Below are positions 9,619 to 18,246 of a stretch of DNA of 54,099 bases, one piece after another. Source of the stretch: a virus (Duplodnaviria > Caudoviricetes); IMG/VR virus record IMGVR_UViG_3300005294_000001, positions 1 to 54,099 of that record. One strand, 5' to 3'. How positions within the stretch are numbered: the first letter of the stretch is position 1; every line of letters begins with the position of its first letter. The notes under the pieces are model-generated. The model did not search any database. It was not told the DNA's origin and saw nothing but the letters and a program-made list of their open reading frames with translations. Made by a program: the position numbers and the translations under genes.

Positions 9619-9810
9619 TCATTTCTTGAAGGTTGATTCGCCGGAGTCGGAATCTGACTGCGTCCTAACCGCCAGCCCATCCCGAATCAGAAGATTCACG
9701 AACGCTGAAAGACTAACTCTAGCCTCGTATTCACCGCGCCTAGTTTTTACCAAACGCGCTAAATCCGGGTCCAACCTAATCTGTGTCGCACTGATAGATT
9801 TCTTGCTCAC
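9619..9810 (-). CDS. ribbon-helix-helix-like transcriptional regulator
   Basis: TQIRLDPDLARLVK...SLSAFVNLLIRDGL. An imperfect inverted repeat GGGGACATT...AATGCCCC (9811-9835) lies just upstream. Confidence 0.55.
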   Translation of the reverse strand: MSKKSISATQIRLDPDLARLVKTRRGEYEARVSLSAFVNLLIRDGLAVRTQSDSDSGESTFKK

Positions 9811-9869
9811 GGGGACATTTGTATCACAATGCCCCACATGGTAGCAAGATAAATCTTAAACTATTTCAG

Positions 9870-10103
9870 TTACCAGTGTATGAAGCCGTGACCACCCATG
9901 CTCAACACAAAATTACATAACACCAAGACGCACAGGAGCACGATAACGAGAATGGCGAATTTCCGCATGGGTTCTGGTATGTAGTTCTGAACCACCCACC
10001 AGAGAAACCCAAGCACGATAATGGCCACAACCAGGAGAATAAGACCTTGGCCAAGACCACCTGAACTCACGGTCACATCTGCCAGAAATGGGAGTAATGT
10101 CAT
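9870..10103 (-). CDS. two-TM membrane protein
   Basis: Two long hydrophobic helices separated by YIPEPMRK. Confidence 0.7.
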   Translation of the reverse strand: MTLLPFLADVTVSSGGLGQGLILLVVAIIVLGFLWWVVQNYIPEPMRKFAILVIVLLCVLVLCNFVLSMGGHGFIHW

Positions 10104-10165
10104 AGTGAAGAACGATACACCTGATTTTTCTGTTGACTAGTGAGGGGATTGGAGGATGATTGGAA

Positions 10166-10258
10166 CACGATGGTCTTACACCCATTGAAGCCTCAACCAA
10201 TTTGCCTCGCATGGTGCTGTTCTACCGAACGGCGTGTAAGACCGTGCGGGGCTTTTCT
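10166..10258 (+). promoter_or_regulatory. terminator/antiterminator-type leader upstream of HNH gene
   Basis: Stem GCCTCGCATGGT (10204-15)/ACCGTGCGGGGC (10241-52) followed by TTTTCTT. Competing pairing GGTCTTACAC (10172-81)/GTGTAAGACC (10234-43). Confidence 0.55.
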
Positions 10259-10261
10259 TAT

Positions 10262-10768
10262 ATGACTCCCGAACGCATAAAACAGATTAACGAATCGTTC
10301 TATAAACTTCACATGGCAATTCCACTGACCAAAGGAATGAAGGCTCTGATTGATGACGAGGATTATGAGCGCATAGCCAAATACAAATGGCATTTCTCAC
10401 ACAGGTATGCGGTTACGGCTGTGTATAATGGTAAAAACAAGAAGGATTGTATTTGCATGCACAACATGCTGATGAATACGCCGGATGGAATGGAGGTAGA
10501 CCACATTGACGGAGATGGACTTAATAACCGGAGATCAAACCTTAGAATATGCACACACGCTGAAAATCTCAGGAACCAGAAATTGAACGTAAACAATAAA
10601 TTTGGCGTAAGTGGAGTGTGTTTGCACAGTTGCAAAAGGTTTTTCCTAACTCGAATAGTCGTTAATCGTAAGGTGATACATCTCGGCACATTCAGAACTT
10701 TAGAGGAAGCAAAACGAGTCCGATTAGAAGCTGAAATTAAGTATTTCGGAGACTTCAGGAGAAAATAG
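10262..10768 (+). CDS. HNH endonuclease with AP2 domain
   Basis: IPLTKGMKALIDDEDY, MHNMLM, VDHIDGDGLNNRRSNLR, GVSGV, HLGTF..LEEAKRVR..AEIKYFGDF. Confidence 0.93.
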   Translation: MTPERIKQINESFYKLHMAIPLTKGMKALIDDEDYERIAKYKWHFSHRYAVTAVYNGKNKKDCICMHNMLMNTPDGMEVDHIDGDGLNNRRSNLRICTHAENLRNQKLNVNNKFGVSGVCLHSCKRFFLTRIVVNRKVIHLGTFRTLEEAKRVRLEAEIKYFGDFRRK

Positions 10769-10771
10769 CTG

Positions 10772-10800
10772 TTGACGTATTTAGATTGTCGGGTTAAAAC
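10772..10800 (+). promoter_or_regulatory. sigma70-type promoter for the capsid/late operon
   Basis: TTGACG (10772-77), 17 bp spacer, TAAAAC (10795-800). Confidence 0.6.
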
Positions 10801-11025
10801 CGATTTGGATGTAGACGGTGTTGGAGTCATTCACCAACCGAATAGAGGCACGTTAGCCCTCATTGGCCTTAATAGTCACATGGCCCAAGTGACAGGCGGC
10901 TAGAGAAAGGTCGGGTGACCTGGAGTCCCGCCAACTTCGAAACACCTCCCCAAAAGTGCGTACGCTCTGCGTGTGCAGAAGCGCATCACAATTGGAAACT
11001 ATAAGTAGTTGTTTTGTAAGTTTTT

Positions 11026-12576
11026 ATGGCTATTCCATGTCAAGCATTTACCGACTTCCTTTCGCGCAAGAGCGAACACCTCGACGAAAACATCATCAAA
11101 TCCTTACACCCCACGGATACCTGGATTGGTCACGTATCCACGGGCCGCTTCGCCGCCGAAGATGGTGTCGAGCACACCTTCGATAGGTTTGAAAATGTAT
11201 TTCCTGACCTGTCAACCTGTTGGGAGGACGTTACGGCGACGTCCTGCGTGGGTAAACCCTGCGATCCGACCGAACAGAAGATCGGTTTGGGGTTCACTCG
11301 TGACTCCTACAAGCTTCAGCGCAAGTCGTATGCGACTGATTTGTTCTGTTTCGACCAGATTTTGAGCGCGGATCGGGCGAAGAAACAGTTTGCCCATGTG
11401 ATTCGCACGTTGCGACGGGCATCCAGCCTGATTGTCAGCGACCGTATGCGCCGGGAAGCGGCTCGCATTGCCAAGTATAAATGGGCAGCGGCCAGCGGGT
11501 TGACGGCAAATTCCTGGTATTGGAATACGGATTGCACGGTTCTGAACGTGGCAGTTAAGCCGACTTCGAAGATGACGGCACGGCACCTGCAACGGCGCGT
11601 GGAGCCTCAGATCCTTGAGGGTGCCTTGGGAGAGGACATTAACCGTGGAACACAGCCGATGCTGGAATATGTCAGCAGCATGGAAGAAGTCTGGAACATG
11701 GTTGAGGGTAACCCTGAGTTGTCCGACCATTGGCGTTTCCAGCAATGGGAAGATGCGTCGAAGTTCCACAAATACGGTTGGATGGGTAAAGTGGGCAATT
11801 TCGGTCTGCGTGCGGATACGATGCCGCTTAGGTTCTGCGACTTGAACACCCAGAATGCCGATGGCACATGGCAGTTACAGTTAATCCTTCCGTACACCAA
11901 CGTGGCGGCTACAGAAGGCATTAAGGAACAGGTCAATAGCCAGTTCTTGAATGCTCCGATTCAGATGAACTTCATCTGGCACCGATTGGCGATGACCTCG
12001 CTGGTTCGGGATACCACAAGCATTAACCCTGAAATGCCGTTTGCGGCCAGAGATTTCGCGGGCAAATGGCAGTTTGCGATGAATAACCTTACCTGCGGCT
12101 TGGATACCAACGGCAACCCGATTGCGGTTGATAATTCGCGTGGGAATAAGGGTAAATTCCTGGCCGACTTCTCGTTCGCTACGCAGGCTCAATATCCTGA
12201 GTTCGCGGAAGCGTTCCTGGCATTGCGTGAGCCTGCTTGCATCGTGGATATTCCACGTTGCGCGACGGATCCTGTGTGTTACGTGCAGGATTACAGTTCG
12301 GCTAACGCGGTATGCGCTACTGAGGACGAAACCATTACGGTTACGCCTGAGATTTCACCGGCTACCTCGACTTACGAGATTCCGATGAACTCGATTCAAT
12401 GCAATGGCATGATAGTCGTGCATGATGCAATCACTGGCGCGGCAACTCTGGCAGCTTTGGTTGCTCAGTTGAACTCCAAGGCGGCGGCACTAGGCACTTG
12501 GGCGGTTGCGGGTGGGGATATTACCCTGACCGGCACTGCTTGCAGCTCTATCGCCATTCCGTTCACCGTGGATTAG
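11026..12576 (+). CDS. Major capsid protein (probable), Cys-rich, with C-terminal extension
   Basis: 516 aa; first gene of the late operon after its own promoter and long leader, followed by a strong hairpin; 14 Cys. Called from size, position and general resemblance. Confidence 0.75.
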   Translation: MAIPCQAFTDFLSRKSEHLDENIIKSLHPTDTWIGHVSTGRFAAEDGVEHTFDRFENVFPDLSTCWEDVTATSCVGKPCDPTEQKIGLGFTRDSYKLQRKSYATDLFCFDQILSADRAKKQFAHVIRTLRRASSLIVSDRMRREAARIAKYKWAAASGLTANSWYWNTDCTVLNVAVKPTSKMTARHLQRRVEPQILEGALGEDINRGTQPMLEYVSSMEEVWNMVEGNPELSDHWRFQQWEDASKFHKYGWMGKVGNFGLRADTMPLRFCDLNTQNADGTWQLQLILPYTNVAATEGIKEQVNSQFLNAPIQMNFIWHRLAMTSLVRDTTSINPEMPFAARDFAGKWQFAMNNLTCGLDTNGNPIAVDNSRGNKGKFLADFSFATQAQYPEFAEAFLALREPACIVDIPRCATDPVCYVQDYSSANAVCATEDETITVTPEISPATSTYEIPMNSIQCNGMIVVHDAITGAATLAALVAQLNSKAAALGTWAVAGGDITLTGTACSSIAIPFTVD

Positions 12577-12596
12577 TTCGGTTGGTCGTGGATAAC

Positions 12597-12637
12597 TCGG
12601 GTCGGTCGGTTTCTGTGGTGGTTTCCGACCGGCCCGA
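12597..12637 (+). terminator. GC-rich hairpin after the capsid gene (terminator or stabiliser)
   Basis: TCGGGTCGGTCGG (12597-609) pairs with CCGACCGGCCCGA (12625-37); weak U-tract. Confidence 0.55.
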
Positions 12638-12654
12638 ACTTAACCTGAAACATT

Positions 12655-12948
12655 ATGCCAAACGAAACTACTAATGAAGGAATGGAGGACATTGACTCCA
12701 TGTATCCGTCTGAAGGTCGGTCACCTCCTGAAACCATTGACGAAGAAGAAGCTGAAATGGCTTCCAAAACGGCTCTGGTGCCAAAAGCCATGCTTCCTGA
12801 CTGCAAAGTTGGGGAAAAGGTCACAGGCAAGGTGATTGCCGACCACGGCGACGAACTGGAAGTGGAACTTGAACCCACGTCCTACAAGAAAGAACCAACC
12901 GAAATGAGTTCCGACGAGGAGTTGGACTCCATGAGCAAGGAATATTGA
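12655..12948 (+). CDS. acidic hypothetical protein
   Basis: 97 aa, D/E-rich; core CKVGEKVTGKVIADHGDELEVE. Confidence 0.7.
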   Translation: MPNETTNEGMEDIDSMYPSEGRSPPETIDEEEAEMASKTALVPKAMLPDCKVGEKVTGKVIADHGDELEVELEPTSYKKEPTEMSSDEELDSMSKEY

Positions 12949-12949
12949 T

Positions 12950-13273
12950 ATGCCAGAATTACTCGCAAACGACCATTCCTGCGTGACGTGCTTTCAGGGG
13001 CAGGAACTTGATTCCCTGATTATCGTGCTTCTCGCTACGAAGGCCGGTCTTACGCTGCCAGATGACCTGGACACGCTCGTAGACGATACGGCTTGTCTGC
13101 GTTGCTCCAGCGAAACGCAGCTTAAGCAGAGGCTTGCCGACTTCCTGTGGGAACAGAATTCGCCAGATTCCACGGCAGATGAACTCATGGCGCAAGGCAA
13201 GTGTTTGCAATGCGTGGATCCGCAGACCATCAAGGTTCTGACGCATCATCTGTTGGTTCTTGGATTGACGTAA
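12950..13273 (+). CDS. CxxC-repeat protein (3 repeats)
   Basis: SCVTC, ACLRC, KCLQC, each followed by an amphipathic helix. Confidence 0.75.
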   Translation: MPELLANDHSCVTCFQGQELDSLIIVLLATKAGLTLPDDLDTLVDDTACLRCSSETQLKQRLADFLWEQNSPDSTADELMAQGKCLQCVDPQTIKVLTHHLLVLGLT

Positions 13274-13292
13274 ACAACAGGCGGCAGAGTGA

Positions 13293-13817
13293 CTAAACCG
13301 CTTTTTCTGATTGAATATGACGCCATGATTTATGGTGAACAATTCTAGAAATTGCACTTTGACCGATTCCAAATATAGTAGCCAGTTGTGTTTGGCTCTC
13401 ATTCGGGTGCCTTCGTCTTATATCAATAACCTGATCGACTGTTATTTTATGGGTTCTAACCGCTTCACCGCGAGTGGTTCTACCCTTAATAAACTTGTCG
13501 AATTGATTATCGGTCTGACTTCCAATCCAAAGATGATTTGGGTTCACGCACAAAGGATTATCGCATGTGTGGCACACACATTTGGATTTGGGTATTTCGC
13601 CAAAGTTTATAATCCAAGCCGCTCTATGGGCGTATATTTTCTTTCTCAGAGCTTTATGGCTACAGGTTTTAGAAATAACCCCATATCCATTTTCATTTAT
13701 GCAGGCCAACCAATTCCAGCATCCATCGGTTTTTTCAAACTTGGAGTTGAATCGTTGCACGAAGTCGTGAGAAAGACCTTGCGAATTCAGGAAGTCTACA
13801 GAAGTATGTGTTTGCAT
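13293..13817 (-). CDS. HNH homing endonuclease (antisense insertion in the late operon)
   Basis: DGCWNW, GYG, AHRAAW, VCHTCDNPLCVNPNHLWIGSQTDN, C-terminal HTH (SQTQLATIFGIGQSAISRI). Confidence 0.93.
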   Translation of the reverse strand: MQTHTSVDFLNSQGLSHDFVQRFNSKFEKTDGCWNWLACINENGYGVISKTCSHKALRKKIYAHRAAWIINFGEIPKSKCVCHTCDNPLCVNPNHLWIGSQTDNQFDKFIKGRTTRGEAVRTHKITVDQVIDIRRRHPNESQTQLATIFGIGQSAISRIVHHKSWRHIQSEKAV

Positions 13818-13875
13818 TGTAATCTTTGGTTACGGTGCCACGCTTCAGGATGCTCAAACATCGCTGAGGCACTTT

Positions 13876-13903
13876 ATTGTACACTTAACAAAGGAGGCGT
13901 CAA
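13876..13903 (-). promoter_or_regulatory. sigma70-type promoter of the antisense HNH gene
   Basis: Minus strand TTGACG (13903-898), 16 bp spacer, TACAAT (13881-76), followed by leader hairpin GTGCC...GGCAC (about 13835-13872). Confidence 0.6.
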
Positions 13904-14137
13904 GTGCCAGTGAGTTGTGAACCAGATGAACTGGTAGAGATTTCGACGTGCTATACCTGCATCCCGCCCGATATGGTCGATGCGGTAAAGATTTACCTCT
14001 TGGCAGTCACGGCGGGGCTTCAGGACATGACCCCTGAAGAATTGGTAGTGGCTGCTGCGTGCTATAATTGCGTTCCGAAAGACATGCAAAAATCGGTGCA
14101 GAATTATCTTCTGTGTCAGATAGCCAACGCTGCATAG
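13904..14137 (+). CDS. CxxC-repeat protein (2 repeats)
   Basis: TCYTC...IYLL and ACYNC...NYLLC; GTG start preceded by AAGGAGG. Confidence 0.8.
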   Translation: MPVSCEPDELVEISTCYTCIPPDMVDAVKIYLLAVTAGLQDMTPEELVVAAACYNCVPKDMQKSVQNYLLCQIANAA

Positions 14138-14140
14138 CCT

Positions 14141-14359
14141 ATGCCCGTTTCATGCGATGCCCAAGACTTGGTGAATGGCGCAGCGTGTTTCTACTGCAAG
14201 AGTCCGAATCTGGATAACGTAGAAATATACCTGCTATGCGTAGTGGCTAATGGTGGTGTTGTTCCGCCTCCACCTGGAGGTGTCATTCTGGGCAATCCAG
14301 ATGAAGATTGGGGTTTTGGAGATCCCGGTGGTGACTTTGTGTTCGGTGTTCCTGACTAA
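14141..14359 (+). CDS. CxxC-repeat protein (1 repeat) with Pro linker and acidic/aromatic tail
   Basis: MPVSCDAQDLV..AACFYC...IYLLC, PPPP, ILGNPDEDWGFGDPGGDFVFG. Confidence 0.8.
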   Translation: MPVSCDAQDLVNGAACFYCKSPNLDNVEIYLLCVVANGGVVPPPPGGVILGNPDEDWGFGDPGGDFVFGVPD

Positions 14360-14362
14360 TTT

Positions 14363-15802
14363 ATGAAAAAGTTCCTTACGTTTTTGATGTGCATAGTGGC
14401 GGTGACAGGAATCGGAGCAACCATCCAATGGTATTCTCAGCAGCCGGTAACCACCACGTTCAAGAACAGCGACGTTATTGTATTGGAGACTACCGGACCT
14501 CAAGGTTACAAGTCTTTCACACTACTGAGCCTGAAGGGTGAGTTTGGAACGAATGGAGTATCCTATCAATACATTACAAATCTTACAGTTCTCAACGAGT
14601 TCCACGGAAAGACTTCGTTCAACTCCAATCTCTACGTCACAAATTTATTTCTTATCACTGCGACCAGCAATTACTACCTGTTCGACACTAATATCTACAA
14701 CAACAACACTTACGTATCTAACTACTTTGTAACGAACGTAATCAACAACGCAGCCGTTTCGAACGCATTCTTCACCAATTTCTACCTGACAAATCTGTAC
14801 CTGACAAATCTGACTGTCACCAACTACTACCAGGGAAGCACATTCCTGAGTGAGTACTTCAATACCAACATCTATATTAACGAGTTCGTCAGCAACTACT
14901 ACGTCACGAACTTGTTTACGAATGTTCAGCAGATTACGACCAATCTGATCACGCAAAACACGATTACAAACATTACGCTGTTGACGGTATCGAACGCCTA
15001 TTTCACCAATCTGTTCATCAGCCAGAACTTCACCAATTTCTATCTCTACAACACCAACATTTACAACGCGGATACATTCGTAAGCAATTACTTCACTACG
15101 AACGTGTTTCAGAACACGTACATGTCCAATTTCTTCCTTACCAACCTGATCTTTTACGATACCAACTACTACGTTACGTACGTTTCGACCACAAACTTCC
15201 TGTCGTACATAACTAACAATTTTGTCTCGAATTTCTTCAATACGAACATCTTCGTGAACAACTCGTATGTTTCGAACTACTTCACGACGAATTACAACCC
15301 GCTGATCCAGTATATCAGCAACTACACGTTCAATGTTGCTTGGCCGCTTACCAACGCGACACTCTACGGGACAACCACGTTCTCACCCGTAAGCGGAACG
15401 GCAGCGGGTAGGGTTAGCCTTTTAAGCTCAGGTGTAGAGACTATTTCTCTAGCAGCCTCAAATGGCGCGATAGCCGCAAATGCGGCTTGGTTCAAAACCA
15501 ATCTATGGTCTGGGCCTACTAATAACCTTCCCATGAACGCGCAGGACCAGTATTACACCACGTCCACGGACATAAATATAACCAACTTAAATAACCTTCC
15601 TCCTGCTGGATACGGTGCTAATGTGTTGCTATCCGTAAGCAATTCATCGGCGGCAAACATTGTGTGGAGATTTCCGTCCACTATAAAAATTCCAGAAAAC
15701 ACAAATGCCGTGGTTGTGTCCAATGGAACATACGGAGAACTTTCACTTAAGTACAGTCCGGTGGGGCCGCATACCCAAGCTGTTTACCGCCAGTTTCCAT
15801 GA
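14363..15802 (+). CDS. Signal-peptide-bearing, Asn/Thr/Tyr/Phe-rich repetitive fibre-like protein
   Basis: MKKFLTFLMCIVAVTGIGA N-terminus; about 260 aa of TN(L/F/I)(Y/F) and VSNY repeats; globular C-terminal domain. Confidence 0.8.
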   Translation: MKKFLTFLMCIVAVTGIGATIQWYSQQPVTTTFKNSDVIVLETTGPQGYKSFTLLSLKGEFGTNGVSYQYITNLTVLNEFHGKTSFNSNLYVTNLFLITATSNYYLFDTNIYNNNTYVSNYFVTNVINNAAVSNAFFTNFYLTNLYLTNLTVTNYYQGSTFLSEYFNTNIYINEFVSNYYVTNLFTNVQQITTNLITQNTITNITLLTVSNAYFTNLFISQNFTNFYLYNTNIYNADTFVSNYFTTNVFQNTYMSNFFLTNLIFYDTNYYVTYVSTTNFLSYITNNFVSNFFNTNIFVNNSYVSNYFTTNYNPLIQYISNYTFNVAWPLTNATLYGTTTFSPVSGTAAGRVSLLSSGVETISLAASNGAIAANAAWFKTNLWSGPTNNLPMNAQDQYYTTSTDINITNLNNLPPAGYGANVLLSVSNSSAANIVWRFPSTIKIPENTNAVVVSNGTYGELSLKYSPVGPHTQAVYRQFP

Positions 15803-17235
15803 AAACTCTCATTCTCATTGCGTGCTTAATCGCCGCATCGGTTAATGCCGCAGACCAAATCGTGATTTCAGGAGTCGGAAACTGGACCGGCACAATCACG
15901 CTAACTCTTAGCCTTGGAACGGTCACAAACCCAGTAAACGCTACCAATATCTGGGTGAACACCTATGGCGGAACTCAGGCTGATGAGGGGCTATCGGTTA
16001 AAACAGACGCCTCAAGCAATGTGTTCTTTGGAGGATACTTCTCTGCTACAGCCAACTTCGGTCAAGGCAACGTGACGGCTTCTGGGGGTGAGGATATTGT
16101 AATCGCCAAGTATAACTTTGGCGGAACCAATCAGTGGGTTAAGACGTTCGGGAGCACAAGTAGCGATAGGTGTGATGCGATTGCGCTGGATAGCTCGGGC
16201 AATGTTTACGCAGTCGGTTATTTCAATGGCACGATAAACATGGGCGGAACCAATCTTGTGTCTACCGGTGGGCGTGACGTGTTCATTGCCAAATACAACA
16301 ATGCCGGAACGCATCAATGGTCACGCAAGTTCGGATCTGTTGGGGATGAAATAGCCTATGCAGTAACGGTTGATAGCTCTGGAGATGTATACATGTCTGG
16401 ATTCTTCCAAGGCACATCCAACTTCGGAACTACGAACATGAGTAGTGCGAACAACGGGTTGGATACGTTTGTTGCGAAGTACACGGGGACTACCGGAGCG
16501 GGGGTATGGTCAAAGCGGTTTAGCCCAAACAACAGCGATGACATCAGTTATGGAATAGCAGCCTGCCCTGACGGTGGGCTGATGGTGTGCGGAGTGTTCC
16601 AGGGAACATGTAATTTCGGAGGAACAAACCATCCACCAACGGGCGGTTACAACATGTATATCGTAAAGTTGAGCGGGTCCACGGGTGGATGGATATGGGA
16701 CTTTGCTTTTGGTGGCACTACAGACGATTTCGCGTATACGGTAGCGGTTGATTCCAGTAATAATGTTCTATTCGGCGGCTTCTTTAACGGAACGGTTAAT
16801 TTCGGTGGAGGAAACATTACCACAGCGGGAAGTGCTGACGGAGTAGCCGTTAAACTGAATTCATCCGGTGCTTATCAGTGGGCAAGGCAATTGGGAGGTA
16901 TAACTTCTGACACTGTAATGGGAACGGCATTTGACTCCAGTGGAAACGCTTTTGTTTCTGGAGCGTTCTCAAGTTCTGTGAATTTCGGAAGCGGTCCATC
17001 TTTAGTGAGTGCGGGTCAAAACGATGGATTCCTTGCAAAGTATAGTTCCGCAAACGTGCTTCAATGGGTTGACAGATTTGGAGGCACAGGATCAGAAGTT
17101 GCGAATTCTGTATCGGTGGACACTACGGGTTACGTGCTCTCAACAGGCTCATTTAGCACTTCTTTCAACTTCATGACAATTCCAGTCACTTCCGCTGGAC
17201 TTGGGGACATCTATCTTTGGCGTCATATTCCATGA
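15799..17235 (+). CDS. Secreted beta-propeller protein (SBBP-like repeats)
   Basis: Signal peptide MKTLILIACLIAASVNA; about 7 repeats of W...FG....D....(I/V)A.DSSGNVY..G.F.GT.NFG.......G..D.FIAKY. Confidence 0.85.
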   Translation: MKTLILIACLIAASVNAADQIVISGVGNWTGTITLTLSLGTVTNPVNATNIWVNTYGGTQADEGLSVKTDASSNVFFGGYFSATANFGQGNVTASGGEDIVIAKYNFGGTNQWVKTFGSTSSDRCDAIALDSSGNVYAVGYFNGTINMGGTNLVSTGGRDVFIAKYNNAGTHQWSRKFGSVGDEIAYAVTVDSSGDVYMSGFFQGTSNFGTTNMSSANNGLDTFVAKYTGTTGAGVWSKRFSPNNSDDISYGIAACPDGGLMVCGVFQGTCNFGGTNHPPTGGYNMYIVKLSGSTGGWIWDFAFGGTTDDFAYTVAVDSSNNVLFGGFFNGTVNFGGGNITTAGSADGVAVKLNSSGAYQWARQLGGITSDTVMGTAFDSSGNAFVSGAFSSSVNFGSGPSLVSAGQNDGFLAKYSSANVLQWVDRFGGTGSEVANSVSVDTTGYVLSTGSFSTSFNFMTIPVTSAGLGDIYLWRHIP

Positions 17236-18059
17236 AACGACTACTCGCACTAGCCGCAGTCCTGCTTCCAGTATACTTGTTCGCTCAGGGATTCGGATCG
17301 TTCTCGCATGATCAACCGTATCTTTCGGCGGGTGCTTCCTCTGGTGTAGTAGCCCTTCCAATGTTGCCGGATATACGATTTAGATGGGTGGCTAGTGATG
17401 TTTCAGTTGATGGTCCGGTGACAAACTGGTTTGATAGAATCGCCAGTGTTCCACTATCCCAGACAGTAATAGCCCATAGGCCAACCAAATCATTAGGTGG
17501 AGTTTACTTCGCAAATGCAAGCGCAACAGATATTAGGGCAGTTACAAACACATCTGCCATGACGTTTAATTCAATATCGCAAGCCATATTGATTGTAACC
17601 AGTAACGCTCTCCCGGTTTTTACTGGAGCCAACAACTATGGAAATTTTTGGGTAGAGAATAGTAATGGATATGGATTTCGGCTAAAGGACAACAACGCAG
17701 GGAGCATAACTTGGGAATTTGATAATAATGGTGGAGCCGCTGCCGAAGCTACACTTGTAAACTTTGGTGCCTCTATGCCTCAGGGTGTTCAGGCTTTTTT
17801 GTATATGGGTTACACCCAAACAAATTGGGCAGCATTTACTAATAACTCTCTATCTATTTCCAATACTACTCCTGCACTTGGAGGTACTGCTCCGATTCTT
17901 GGTGTACTTGGACGAGGGGCATTATGGTCAAATAGTAGTTCGTTCAGGGGATACGTCATGGAGGTGGTTGTGTGGACTAATGCCATGAATTTTACTCCAC
18001 AAATTATTAGCCAAGCATTCGATTATGTGACCAATACCTATGGGCATTTTAATCCATGA
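17232..18059 (+). CDS. Secreted LamG/concanavalin-A-like protein
   Basis: Signal peptide MKRLLALAAVLLPVYLFA; RWVASD...VTNWFD...; FRGYVMEVVVW..A...YVTNTYG terminus typical of phage LamG-like proteins. Confidence 0.7.
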   Translation: MKRLLALAAVLLPVYLFAQGFGSFSHDQPYLSAGASSGVVALPMLPDIRFRWVASDVSVDGPVTNWFDRIASVPLSQTVIAHRPTKSLGGVYFANASATDIRAVTNTSAMTFNSISQAILIVTSNALPVFTGANNYGNFWVENSNGYGFRLKDNNAGSITWEFDNNGGAAAEATLVNFGASMPQGVQAFLYMGYTQTNWAAFTNNSLSISNTTPALGGTAPILGVLGRGALWSNSSSFRGYVMEVVVWTNAMNFTPQIISQAFDYVTNTYGHFNP

Positions 18060-18244
18060 AGATGTGCGTTAAATGGTTTATCGCTTTCATCCTTGTGACC
18101 ATCATGTGGAAACTTGCCTACCGAAGCGGAGAGATTAACGGGGAACATGGAATTGGCTATTGGGAAGGCTGGCAAGATGCTATGCTGCAAACTGATTACG
18201 GAAAGAAACCCTATGACTGCAACAAACGACCGCTAGAAGATTAA
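18056..18244 (+). CDS. small membrane-anchored protein
   Basis: N-terminal hydrophobic helix; GYWEGWQDA. Confidence 0.55.
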   Translation: MKMCVKWFIAFILVTIMWKLAYRSGEINGEHGIGYWEGWQDAMLQTDYGKKPYDCNKRPLED

Positions 18245-18246
18245 CT

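Noticed and set aside
13274-13903. Group I intron around the HNH gene
   Set aside because: Flanking genes are intact separate ORFs, the non-coding flanks are too short for a ribozyme core, and the HNH is antisense.
14550-15360. AAC-rich region as a diversity-generating retroelement template
   Set aside because: No reverse transcriptase in the genome and no near-identical second copy differing at adenines was seen; the AAC richness is explained by Asn codons.
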